NCBI GenBank assembly: GCA_050952625.1
Contig: JBMNLH010000001.1
Location: forward strand, 1,632,001-1,696,000
Reading direction: 5' to 3'
Length of the DNA stretch: 64,000 nucleotides
From: Bacillota bacterium
GTDB lineage: Bacteria; Bacillota; Ch66; Ch109
The position numbers and the translations under genes are program-made. The notes under the pieces are model-generated. The model did no database searches and was not told the origin of the DNA. It saw only the letters and a list, made by a program, of their open reading frames with translations. Every line of letters starts with the position of its first letter. Position 1 is the stretch's first letter. Of the stretch, positions 31,669 to 41,645 are shown in pieces.

Positions 31669-33051
31669 CAATAACTATGACCGCACTGTTTTGGCCATCT
31701 ATCCAGTTATACAGGAATTCAGCATGGCTGGTAAAATTCCGCACACACATATGGGAACGGGGGAAACGTCCCAATTGTATGGAGATATTCTTTCGTTCCC
31801 GGGTCTACCTTCTCTCCATTCTTTTCTTCATATTCTACCGGCACGCCGTGAATATAGGCCCCGCCGGTGAACCGAATGGCAAAAGGCGCATAACCAGCCA
31901 CATCCGACGTGTTTTTTTTGCAGATATTCAAACCGGTCTACCTTATTAATAACCTTATAACTGCCAAGAGTGGTTTCAAAGGAGCCATCGCCTGATAACC
32001 CGGTCGTGGACAAAGTATAAGAGATAAGGTTCAGCCCGTTTTCCCGCGTTTCAAAAGCAGCTTGGTTTTGTTGATTTCTATCTACTACTACCACCTGGTT
32101 TAAACGGCTTAACGCAGCGGCCTTATCAATGTATTGTTTAGGGATATAGAAATCTCCGCCAAAAGAAGGGACGTTAACATAATAAAACTCCCCCACCTCA
32201 TTGAGCATCCTCACCAACATCCCATCCGGTATATACCGAAAGTCGCTGCCGGTATCTGCCCGGACATAGGCAGGAGCACTATGATAAAATCGATACCCAT
32301 ACTCATCAACCGCGGCGTCGCCCTTCCGGGGTGGGGGGCCGTTTTGATTTTTATAGTTGCTAATAAAGTGCAATTCTCCCTTGGCCAATTCCCGGCTCAG
32401 TTTGTTTACAGCCTCCTGCATTTTGGCAAAGCGGAAGGCTCTGGGGACTCCGGCTGTTGAGTGAAGGTAGCCCACTTCTGTTTGATTATCATGGCTACAG
32501 GCTACTTTATACCATATTTTAGAACCCTGGATTTCTTCCGCTTCAACCTGCTGAAGCAGCGAAATCTTATCCAGATTATTTACCCGGCAAACAACAGCCG
32601 CATTAGAGGCCGGATTTTCCCTGATTTCCGCACCATTTTCCGCGGTTATCAGGAAATAATCAAAGGATATTTGATATTTGTTATACTGCACTTTATTTTC
32701 GATCGTTTCCGGTAGAGTAGTGTTATACTCCTGAACAGCAACAGCATTCTGCTTGGGGGATCCGGTATCTTTGACCAGTTGTGCTTGTTGCTGCTGACTC
32801 AGACTCAACATGCTGCCTTCTCCCGCCTCTTGGGCGGCTTGGGTAATCCTGAAATCATCTTCAATGCTAAAACCGTTTATATTCTCCTCGACCGCTTTTT
32901 GGTCTGATTTGGTTAATCCGTCTTCTTTGGGTAGATTCGGCGAAGGGCTTAGCGGCTGCCTTTGAGGTGACGGCATATTTTGGAGATAGACATAGCTTGA
33001 AACTCCAGCTATCGCCAATACTATTAATAATACAGCAATTCTCTTAGACAT
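31664..33051 (-). pseudogene. L,D-transpeptidase (YkuD-type) family exported protein with two homopolymer frameshifts
   Basis: Correcting the T8 run (31912-31919) and G5 run (31759-31763) gives ..GGAYIHGVP..GTFPRSHMCVRNFTSHAEFLYNW..VIVIE*, with the HGxxP and SHxCVR catalytic motifs. Confidence 0.8.
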
Positions 33052-33139
33052 ATATATCTCCTACCTAGTGTTTGGACTTAATTAATATCCTATAGTTTTT
33101 CTCAAAATATTTTCTATTATGTACTAACATTCCATACTC

Positions 33140-33306
33140 CAAGGACACAACCGCTTATTAAAATACATCCTGGACGTTAGCAAGGCTCTTACTTCTCTGC
33201 GGGGAATAGATTCTTCGCTTCGTTCATACTTAGTCACGCGTTCCCGCACCACCATAAAAGAATAAATGCTTAGATTCACACCAATGACACGATACAAAAC
33301 TATTTT
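33140..33306 (+). repeat. Degenerate repeat family B copy
   Basis: CACAACC, TCTTACTTCT, AGATTCTTCGCTTCGTTCA and GACACGATACAAAACTATTTT segments shared with 4709-4854. Confidence 0.55.
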
Positions 33307-33320
33307 TACTAATGTTAGGC

Positions 33321-34016
33321 CTAATCACTAATCACCAGAGCCAGGAGAGTCCAGCCGGGAACATAGGTAGCCCATACAAAATTTTTCAACCAGGGGACAA
33401 AAACCCCGGCATAATCAGGATGAAACATCGATATAGCGACTCCCATGTCACTGATAAACATCAGACTGCCGGAAAGAGCAATTAACCGGGCTATTTTGGG
33501 GCTATAATACCCTCGATAAACCGTAGAAACTGCGGTCCAGGTCATATAGCACAACACAATGCCAAATAAAAGTGCCCCGATAAGCATGGGGCCCCCCTGA
33601 ACGTAGGGCTTAAGGATGAGAAACACCCAGAAGAAAATCAGCGCAATCGGTATTGCACTCAGAACCTCCGGCCAGCCAATCCTAAAATTTCTCTGATACG
33701 CAGCGATCAGGCAAAGATAGGCCAGCAAAAAACCCATTCCACCCAAGGGTGAGAGGTCTATTGACAGATGCCAAGTCGTTGAGAAAACCAGGAAAAAATC
33801 AGCAATCACCACAAAAAAGAAGGCAATGGCCATGATTCTTTGCTCCTGGTATTTCTTGCTCATACTAGTGACGGACAAAAACAGTGTAATCATCACGGTA
33901 TATCTCAGATACTGGACCATATCCGCCGCCGGGTATAGATGGTCAAAAATCAGCAACAGCAAAGTGAGGGGTAAATAAACAGCCAATAAAGTCTTTTGGG
34001 TGTTGTTCATAGCCAC
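33321..34016 (-). CDS. YhhN-like (lysoplasmalogenase family) membrane protein
   Basis: ADFFL, GFLLAY, GSLMFISD motifs; multiple TM. Confidence 0.6.
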   Translation of the reverse strand: MAMNNTQKTLLAVYLPLTLLLLIFDHLYPAADMVQYLRYTVMITLFLSVTSMSKKYQEQRIMAIAFFFVVIADFFLVFSTTWHLSIDLSPLGGMGFLLAYLCLIAAYQRNFRIGWPEVLSAIPIALIFFWVFLILKPYVQGGPMLIGALLFGIVLCYMTWTAVSTVYRGYYSPKIARLIALSGSLMFISDMGVAISMFHPDYAGVFVPWLKNFVWATYVPGWTLLALVISD

Positions 34017-34248
34017 GCCACCTCTCCTTCATTGTTTTGCCGTTGATACCAAACCGAGAACAATAAAGCCCGGACAATTTGTTCAATTATATTCAAGTTT
34101 GGGGGAGATAATGAGTTTTGAGTGATAGGTTAGAAGTAGGTGTCTTTTTTTGATTGGGATAAATGCAAATAACTGTAATATTGCCGGGGATTTCTCTTCT
34201 TTAGAAAGGACATAAAAAACACCTCGCGAAGAAGTGTTGTCGTTAGTA

Positions 34249-34323
34249 CTGAGTGTCTACAATGACCTGAAAAACCGTGGGGTTCAGGATATTTTGATCG
34301 CCTGCCGGAATAAATTAAGTGGG
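34249..34323 (+). mobile_element. IS256-family transposase fragment
   Basis: Translates LSVYNDLKNRGVQDILIACR, matching the conserved IS256 LKNRGVxDILIAC motif. Confidence 0.7.
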
Positions 34324-34334
34324 CATTTTCATAG

Positions 34335-35093
34335 TCAACTCGTTCTAGCTTGAATTTCTTGATAGACTTGTTCAGTGCTTTCAGCGTCTGACAGGTTAAA
34401 AATGATTACTTTTCCCCGGCTTTGAACATAGATAAACGGCGGTTTTTGAGTATTAACAAAAAGCTTGACTGAACCCAATTCCGTTGTCCTAAAATGACCT
34501 CTTAACCGAGACCCCACAGCAGAACCATTGGTCCTCATCTCAATCTTGGGCAGTGAGGCCATTAGTTTAGTTTCTTCAATTGACTCCCAGGTATAAACGT
34601 CACCATACATACCATGTACTTGCAAGCCCTCTTCCAGCAAAGATACCTTAGTGGGTTGAGATGAATAAATCACCAAAACAGCCACCGCTAGAAGGGTCAC
34701 TCCAGTTATACCAAGCGGTACGGCCAGTTGCTTGCCCGCCCCTTTGCGCATTTTTCCTTTTTCATCAAACAGGTTTCCATCATACTTCTGAGCTTTAATC
34801 AACATATACAAAGTTGAAATGCCAAAGAAGATAAGGGCCGGTGTCATCCCTATTTTTATGTGCAGCACCTGCAAGAGACCAATTGCGAAAAAAACTAGAG
34901 CATTAAGATAAGCGTAGATTCCCATTAATTTTCCCAGGCTCTGGACATCAACCTTTTCTTTTTTCTCTTTGGGCATCGTATTGTATCCGGCAATCAAAAA
35001 ATGCCATTTAAAAACATGTACTGCCAGACCAATCAACAGAAAGCTTCCAGCTATGATAAAATAAACCCACATGATTAACCTCGTTGGCACCAC
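34335..35093 (-). CDS. DUF3784-type membrane protein with C-terminal bacterial PH-like domain
   Basis: LIAGYNTM; RTNG..G..LRGHF..G.VKLFV. Confidence 0.65.
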   Translation of the reverse strand: MVPTRLIMWVYFIIAGSFLLIGLAVHVFKWHFLIAGYNTMPKEKKEKVDVQSLGKLMGIYAYLNALVFFAIGLLQVLHIKIGMTPALIFFGISTLYMLIKAQKYDGNLFDEKGKMRKGAGKQLAVPLGITGVTLLAVAVLVIYSSQPTKVSLLEEGLQVHGMYGDVYTWESIEETKLMASLPKIEMRTNGSAVGSRLRGHFRTTELGSVKLFVNTQKPPFIYVQSRGKVIIFNLSDAESTEQVYQEIQARTS

Positions 35094-35247
35094 CTTTCTG
35101 TTTGATTTTTGAGATAAACACTATTATATCCTTGCCGCACATATGATTCATTCTATATTAATTTAGCTAAATCCTTCTTGACATAAAAACACGAAACTCA
35201 AAAAGACTCGAAAATGGCAACACAATACAGTATAATAAAAAACCAGA

Positions 35248-35357
35248 AGTGAACTCGTCCAGCTTCGCTAAACATCGGGCTTTAGATGGAGACTCTACTC
35301 GACCTGAAGTTTGAAGGTAACGTCCATTTATAGAAGCAAAGATCTTTTGAACTCAGA
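35248..35357 (-). repeat. Repeat family A, short form, reverse orientation
   Basis: Reverse complement reads TCTGAGTTCAAAAGA..CTTCTATAAATGGACGTTACCTTCAAACTTCAGG..GAGTTCACT. Confidence 0.8.
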
Positions 35358-35517
35358 TCAATGTTTGACTAAACTCATCTGAACCATAGCTTTATTTTAT
35401 TTTAATATTGAACGTCTTTAATCAAGCCCCTATTGGCGCGGATTCACCTAAAATTGTTACAATTTTTACTTAAATAAGAGATAACCAAATTAACTATTTA
35501 AATTTGGCGAGGGAAAA

Positions 35518-36345
35518 ATGAATATTATTATTAAAGAAAATTACGAACAAATGAGTAAATATGCCGCCCAAATTATTGCCCGCTTTATAAAGGCCAAGCC
35601 GGATTGTGTACTTGGATTAGCAACTGGAAGCACACCAATAGGCACCTATCGGGAACTTATTAGATTACATAAAGAGGAAGGACTCGACTTTTCACAAGTT
35701 AGAACTTTCAACCTTGATGAATATCTTGGTGTGGGAATCGATCTGAGTAAACCTTATGACCTGGATCAAAGCTACGCTAGATTCATGCATGAGGAACTTT
35801 TTTATCATGTTAATATAAAAAAAGAAAATATCTGTATTCCTGATGGCCTCACCAAGGAACCGAATAAATTTTGCCAATGGTATGAAGCAGAAATAAAAAA
35901 GGCAGGGGGAATTGATTTACAACTTTTAGGAATCGGAAGGGACGGTCATTGGGCTTTTAATGAACCCGGCTCCTCACTTGCCTCAAGGACCAGAATTCAG
36001 GCTCTAACGAAAGAAACTCTTGATGACAATTACGAGAGTTTCTATAAAAAAGCTGGTATTGAAAGAAGTCAGATGCCCCACTTTGCGATAACGATGGGGA
36101 TTGGAACCATTCTTGAAGCAAAAAACATCCTAATGATAGCGAATGGATTAAAGAAGGCCGAAGTGGTTGCCCAAAGTATTGAAGGTCCTATAACTTCTCA
36201 AATAACTGCTTCGGCAATCCAGCTTCACAGCGGCGGGATTACTGTTGTGCTTGATAAAGAGGCTGCATCCAAACTTAAGAACTTAGAGCACTATATGCAC
36301 GTAGAAAAACTAAAACGTGATTATGGCTTAGATAACATGGCTTAA
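35518..36345 (+). CDS. nagB: Glucosamine-6-phosphate deaminase
   Basis: LGLATGSTP, TFNLDEY, QLLGIG..GH.AFNEPG, TMGIGTI. Confidence 0.93.
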   Translation: MNIIIKENYEQMSKYAAQIIARFIKAKPDCVLGLATGSTPIGTYRELIRLHKEEGLDFSQVRTFNLDEYLGVGIDLSKPYDLDQSYARFMHEELFYHVNIKKENICIPDGLTKEPNKFCQWYEAEIKKAGGIDLQLLGIGRDGHWAFNEPGSSLASRTRIQALTKETLDDNYESFYKKAGIERSQMPHFAITMGIGTILEAKNILMIANGLKKAEVVAQSIEGPITSQITASAIQLHSGGITVVLDKEAASKLKNLEHYMHVEKLKRDYGLDNMA

Positions 36346-37241
36346 AAGAATTCTTCTTTTTCTTCACGGGTGAAAAACAACTTCATATTTTCTTCTTCCA
36401 ATAGCGAGCCCTCATTATTTAACAGAGAGAATCGGGCCTTGTTTCTGTTTATTATTGCCTTTTCTTCCAAGGCCGCTATTTTTTTTGGTATGCCTTTAGC
36501 AACTAGCATGTTTTTGATTTTCTGAAAAAGAGTGTAATTTCCATAAAGATATTGGCCTTCATAGAGAATTTTCGCAGCTACCATGGATTCAAAACTATCG
36601 AATTCTAGTTGACTTTCTACTCTGGAAATATCTTTGATGATATATTCGATCTCTTCATTATAACTCGGGTTTCTTAGCAGAAAATTCTTCTGTTTATATA
36701 TCGATAAATCAAGATGTTTGATAGTGTTGTTCGGCAAACCCCGGGTAACTACAACAATATCAAGATCGGACCCTTTAACTAGTTCTCCGGTAGATGATTC
36801 GGGTCTGGGCTCCAAATGGGCCATTTCATACACTACATCACCGGCAATGAGGAAAGATGCCCCGGTTTTGAAGATTGTTGGGTTTTCTTGGGATTCAACA
36901 ATTTGTTTGATTACCTCCCGGGCGAGTTCGAATTTTCTTCTGCTTATTTCTTTTATATCCTGCTGCAGGGTTTCTGCCTTGGCTAAGATTTTTTGATAGT
37001 GTTTCTCAGTACCAATTACAGTATAACTATAGAATTCCCTCAATATTGAAGGCGAAAGCCGAGCATATCCTTCCACATGCTTATCCAGCCTTAAGTATCT
37101 CCGGCCAATTATTTTTGTGATTATTTTTTTACAGTTGTTGCAGATTCTCCATAAGAAAAACTTATCCATTCTTGTTTTTTCCAGAAGCTCCTTTCCAGTT
37201 AAAGGACCTTGGTTATCAAGTAGCCCAATAAGCCTATCCAT
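36342..37241 (-). CDS. Hypothetical protein with possible N-terminal wHTH and pol-beta-like nucleotidyltransferase motif
   Basis: GPLTGKEL N-terminus; AGDVVY...GSDLDIVVV; start uncertain. Confidence 0.5.
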   Translation of the reverse strand: MDRLIGLLDNQGPLTGKELLEKTRMDKFFLWRICNNCKKIITKIIGRRYLRLDKHVEGYARLSPSILREFYSYTVIGTEKHYQKILAKAETLQQDIKEISRRKFELAREVIKQIVESQENPTIFKTGASFLIAGDVVYEMAHLEPRPESSTGELVKGSDLDIVVVTRGLPNNTIKHLDLSIYKQKNFLLRNPSYNEEIEYIIKDISRVESQLEFDSFESMVAAKILYEGQYLYGNYTLFQKIKNMLVAKGIPKKIAALEEKAIINRNKARFSLLNNEGSLLEEENMKLFFTREEKEEFF

Positions 37242-37493
37242 CGATTTATCACAGCTCCGATACAGATTGTAGCTTGTTTCTTCTCTTGCATAAAACGAAT
37301 TCCTTGCATAAACCAATGGTTTCCAACAACATGGGAGCGACCACTTGGCACTGTCTCTTCATTTATCCCAGCCTATTCCCTGCAGCACCAAGCCACTTAT
37401 CTTCAAGTTCCATTATAAATTCACCAGTTAAAGATTAATAATGTCAAATTTAGGCAGCCCGCAATATACTACAGTAGAAAGGAGTGATGCAAC

Positions 37494-37553
37494 ATGTCTA
37501 GAAAGCCAAACTATAATTTAGGAAAAGACCCAATTAGGCCGGAATTAAACTAG
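37494..37553 (+). CDS. Putative 19-aa small protein
   Basis: GAAAGGAG RBS, MSRKPNYNLGKDPIRPELN*, followed by AACAGCCA/TGGCTGTT hairpin and T-run. Confidence 0.4.
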   Translation: MSRKPNYNLGKDPIRPELN

Positions 37554-37615
37554 GAACAGCCAGGATGTCCAAATAGGATCACATGGCTGTTTTCTTTATT
37601 TATTTATTTCGATGA

Positions 37616-37801
37616 AAAATAACCCGCAGCCTCAACCCCCATTGTTTTCGGCATACTTTTGCCACTAATCTGTTGGTCAAAGGGGCTGATTTGGGTCTTA
37701 TTGTTGACGAACTGGGCCACAATGATCTTGATGTCACCCGGGTTTATGCCCGGCTGCCTGACCCAGTGCTGGTGGCTCTATACCGAAAATGTATGGTTTA
37801 A
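37616..37801 (+). pseudogene. Tyrosine recombinase (XerC/D-like) C-terminal fragment
   Basis: Frame absent from the ORF track: PHCFRHTFATNLLVKGADL..ELGHNDLDVTRVYARLP (HxxR, LGH and catalytic Y). Confidence 0.85.
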
Positions 37802-37860
37802 CCTGAGTTTGCGTTTTCCAGCGAAAAATACCGGTCAAAGCCGGTTTTTTAGCGATTTTA

Positions 37861-38516
37861 TCAGTTCAGTGCTTGCTTTAATTTTTCTACTTCTTCTTTA
37901 GTAAGGCCGGTTATCTTGGTGATGACTTCAATCTCAAATCCTTCACGCAGGGCGGCCCGGGCTATCTCTTTTTGTTTTCTTTCCGCACCCTTGGCCTCTG
38001 CCTGTTGCTGCATCTCATCCAAGGTTGCTTCCAGGTTCAGAATCATCTGTACCACCTCCTGGGGGTTACTTTCCTGCAAGATCTGCTCAACTTCCCTTTT
38101 TTGCTGCTCGGGTATCCGGGGCAGCAGCACATTGATCAGCCAGGTCTTAAACTGTTGATACTCATCCAGGGACATTTTCTTAAGGGTATCAAGCATCAGC
38201 CATAACCGGCTGCTTATTTCTTCCTTGCTTATCTTTTGGTCAAGCAGCAGGATGCTGGAGATCAAGTTGGCCATCTGGAGCAGTTCTTCTTTTTCGTATC
38301 TGTTTACATCGAACAGGATGTACCTAAAATCGACAAGGAACGGTCAAGTTTAACTAATTCTTCTTCATTGATGTTTTCCACCCAGGGTTCCCTGACGAAA
38401 GACTTGATCAACTGCAGGAACGTTTTTTTGTTGGCCAGCAACTGCCGGTATCCCTTGTCATGTTGGTGGGGATCCTGCTTCGGCACCCCTGATTCTGCTT
38501 CTGTGATCAGGCCCAC
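37861..38516 (-). pseudogene. Rpn-family recombination-promoting nuclease / putative transposase, internally deleted and frameshifted
   Basis: HDKGYRQLL..FLQLIKSFV N-terminus and IARAALREG..ITKITGLTKEEV C-terminus; central nuclease region missing. Confidence 0.78.
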
Positions 38517-38730
38517 CCCAAACCGATTTTACAACATTTACTGCCGCACTAAATCCTTCCAAGATCCTATGACTTTTTTCCTAGTCTCATAAAGAAAAAA
38601 TATTTGAACTATTTCCTAAAATCAAACATCACACGAACCCTGCCTAGAATGATCTTAGCTGTCTGGATTGAATTGGTGGTTAGTCTGCTAGATTAACCCG
38701 AAAGTGGTACCGACTCCGCTTGCAATCCTA

Positions 38731-39732
38731 TCATTTGCCCATTGTCACCCATCCGCTTTCACGAAAATAAATTGAATCGGCTAACTCCTTGACTATTTCC
38801 TTCATTTCCCTCCTTAAACTCTCCGGTTCTAGAACCTCTAAGCAGGCCCCTTGGCTTAAAAACCACATTTTTATGCCGTCACCATAGACTTCAGCCTCAA
38901 GGATGGTCTTGTAGTCCTCTCTTCCCACTATCCTCACAGTAGGCAAGCGATCTAGTACCGCCTCAAGGGAATTACCCCAAAAGGCAAATTTTACTTTAAG
39001 CAGTTTTCCTCCATACATGAACTGGATACGTTTTCTAAACTCCCCTTCTTCGAAACGTTCAGTATAAGGTACGGCAAATTTTTCAGAAGTCTTACTCCAT
39101 GACTGAATCCGATCTACCCGAAATATAGCTGGATTATGATGATTCGAATTATGCAGCCTAGCAATCAGATAAAAATAGAATTCAGAGAAGATTAATCCTT
39201 GGGGCTCGACCAACCAGTCATTGATTTTTCCATCCATCCGACTATACGTGAGGTTAATCATAATATGTTCCTGAATGCAAAGGTTTAACTGCCATAACAG
39301 GGTTAACAGTTCTTTGCCGTGTTGCGGTGCGATATAATGATAGCTTTCATTTAAAATAGCATTTTTCAGGTAACTTCGTTGGGATGGGTCTATATTTATT
39401 AATAATTTGTTAAGTATTTGTTTTAATTCATCACTAATAAAAGGCCGACTATCCAAAAGAATCTTGGCTAACACTAAAGCCTCTTCCTTGGTAAAAAAAC
39501 AGTCTTGATCCTTTGTTAGTCGGTAACTGCGACTCTGATAGTCATATTGTAAAGGATTTTCATCTCGTTCAGGATCAGCCTCATAAAGGTAAGCCCGGAG
39601 TTCCTCTATATCACGTTGTATGGTCTTATCATCAACTGCAAAGTAATCGCTTACCTCTTTTTTTACTATGGCGTATCCTTTAAGAAGTTTGTCGTAGAGG
39701 TATAATAATCGATAGGCTTTATTATGTTTCAT
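38731..39732 (-). CDS. HTH-WYL domain transcriptional regulator
   Basis: KTIQRDIEELR HTH; FSEFYFYL and FRVDRI WYL motifs. Confidence 0.88.
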   Translation of the reverse strand: MKHNKAYRLLYLYDKLLKGYAIVKKEVSDYFAVDDKTIQRDIEELRAYLYEADPERDENPLQYDYQSRSYRLTKDQDCFFTKEEALVLAKILLDSRPFISDELKQILNKLLINIDPSQRSYLKNAILNESYHYIAPQHGKELLTLLWQLNLCIQEHIMINLTYSRMDGKINDWLVEPQGLIFSEFYFYLIARLHNSNHHNPAIFRVDRIQSWSKTSEKFAVPYTERFEEGEFRKRIQFMYGGKLLKVKFAFWGNSLEAVLDRLPTVRIVGREDYKTILEAEVYGDGIKMWFLSQGACLEVLEPESLRREMKEIVKELADSIYFRESGWVTMGK

Positions 39733-39857
39733 GTGCTTTCACCTGCATACTTATAACTTTTCATTGTCCAATTATTTAGCTATTACTACTTCAATTGACT
39801 TATCCATTAATAAAATTCTCCATAATGCAACATTTTTCCTGTATAATATTCTGCAGT

Positions 39858-40604
39858 TTATCTAATTTTTTCAGCCTTTCGGCAATACATTTCTAAATCT
39901 GCCAATCTTAAAAGCCCATCAGGGCTATCCCCATCTTCCGGATAGCTGGCTAGGCCATAACTAAAACGCAGGATGCCTCTAGAGTTTATGCTCTGAAGGC
40001 TTTCTAACCGCTTCATTAGCTGGCCGGTCTCCTTTTTATCAGATCCGGGGACAAGTAAGACGAATTCGTCTCCCCCGTACCGAAAAAGCAAGTCTTCTTT
40101 ACGGATATTATTTTTGATTGTGGCACAAACATCCTTTAACATGGCATCGCCGGCTATGTGTCCGTAATCATCGTTAATCGTTTTAAAATTATCAATATCA
40201 ATAAATACCAAGGTAAAGGTGTCGTTCGCCTTCCTGCTTTTCTTTATTTGGTTTTCTATGCTATAGTAAAGGGCCCGTCTGTTATAGGCTTCGGTTAGAC
40301 TATCTTGATAAGCACTATTAAATAATGTCCTTATGATCCGAAGTAAAACTTTAATAAGCAGGGCACTGCCTAAGTAGACTAGTAACAAAGGGCGCAGTAT
40401 AAAAACACTATGACTCCTATTGACAATTGCTAGATCCAATATACTTCCTACGAAGATCAATCCCAGGCTTAATACCAGCCAATTATTCTCTTTGAATTTT
40501 ACTTGACAGGGTAACTTATAGAATATTGTCCCAGCAAGAGTAATGCTGTATACGATAGGGATTGCTTTGATTGTTTGTTCGGCTATCGACAACTGAATCA
40601 CCAC
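39858..40604 (-). CDS. Membrane-anchored diguanylate cyclase
   Basis: DSLTEAYNRR, DIDNFKTINDDYGH..GD, RYGGDEF. Confidence 0.9.
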   Translation of the reverse strand: MVIQLSIAEQTIKAIPIVYSITLAGTIFYKLPCQVKFKENNWLVLSLGLIFVGSILDLAIVNRSHSVFILRPLLLVYLGSALLIKVLLRIIRTLFNSAYQDSLTEAYNRRALYYSIENQIKKSRKANDTFTLVFIDIDNFKTINDDYGHIAGDAMLKDVCATIKNNIRKEDLLFRYGGDEFVLLVPGSDKKETGQLMKRLESLQSINSRGILRFSYGLASYPEDGDSPDGLLRLADLEMYCRKAEKIR

Positions 40605-40729
40605 CCAATTAATCTACATCCAATTATGCACATGATAGTGGACTTATAATGTCCAACTAACGTGCTTGATATAGGATTAATTGATTGTATTTCAACAATA
40701 AACATTGTTATACTGTAATGTAACTCATA

Positions 40730-40866
40730 CAGCACTGGTATACCGTTTCTTGGATAGGGGCGTACCGGAAAATAAACTGCTTTGGGTGATTGACCATTCA
40801 TATGATCTAGTGGCGAAGGGGCTAAGTAAGGCGAAGAGGGAAGCCTTGGGAAGTGTAGATATGTAG
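40730..40866 (+). pseudogene. MmcQ/YjbR-family C-terminal fragment
   Basis: QHWYTV/LDRGVPENKLLWVIDHSYDLVAKGLSKAKRE with one frameshift. Confidence 0.6.
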
Positions 40867-40977
40867 ATAAGTAGATAAGCTAAATGATAACCGGGGTACG
40901 ATGATGATTATCCGTTTTGGCTCCGAGCCAATGAGGAGCCATCCACCAGAGTTGGGAATTGCACGAGGTAGTTAATC

Positions 40978-41598
40978 ATGTCATACAAAACAATTAAAAC
41001 CAACATAGTATCCGACATAATTGAGAAAAAATCCCGATTCATCTGTATGCTGAACCCCATTACTGACACTAATCAAGCCGAAAAAGTAATTACTAATGTC
41101 CGCAAGCTGTATCCCGGGGCCAACCATTATTGCTATGCCTATCGAATTAGAAACGCCGGCAATGTCATTGAGAAATATAGTGATGATGGGGAACCCAACA
41201 GTACTGCTGGTGTCCCCATGCTCAATGTGCTCAAGCGGCAAGAAATCGTGAACATCTTGGCCGTGGTAGTCAGATATTTTGGTGGAACCCTGCTGGGTAC
41301 AGGTGGGCTAGTCAGAGCCTACTCCGGAGCAGTCATCCAAAGCCTGGATCAAGCCGAGATCATTACTATGGAATATTCCTGGCAGCTTAGAATTACGGTA
41401 GATTACTGTTATTATGGTAATTTCCAAAACAAGTGCCTGCCCCTTTTTAAACAGATAGTGAATACTAATTTTGCCGATCGGGTGATAATAGAGGCTTGGA
41501 TAGCCGTAGATAAGCTTAGCCGGCTGTTAAAACTGCTAGATGGTATTACAACCAGGACTGCAAATGTTGAATACTTACAGCAGGATTTTATTAATTGA
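40978..41598 (+). CDS. yigZ: YigZ/IMPACT family protein
   Basis: KKSRF, HYCYAY, DDGEP..TAG.PML, VVRYFGG.LLG.GGLVRAY. Confidence 0.92.
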   Translation: MSYKTIKTNIVSDIIEKKSRFICMLNPITDTNQAEKVITNVRKLYPGANHYCYAYRIRNAGNVIEKYSDDGEPNSTAGVPMLNVLKRQEIVNILAVVVRYFGGTLLGTGGLVRAYSGAVIQSLDQAEIITMEYSWQLRITVDYCYYGNFQNKCLPLFKQIVNTNFADRVIIEAWIAVDKLSRLLKLLDGITTRTANVEYLQQDFIN

Positions 41599-41645
41599 AA
41601 GCGTCATAAAGATTTAATTTGAGGATGAACCTGCTAGGATAGCAA

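Noticed and set aside
37659-37901. 80-aa ORF from the track
   Set aside because: Wrong frame; the meaningful frame is the tyrosine-recombinase fragment at 37616-37801
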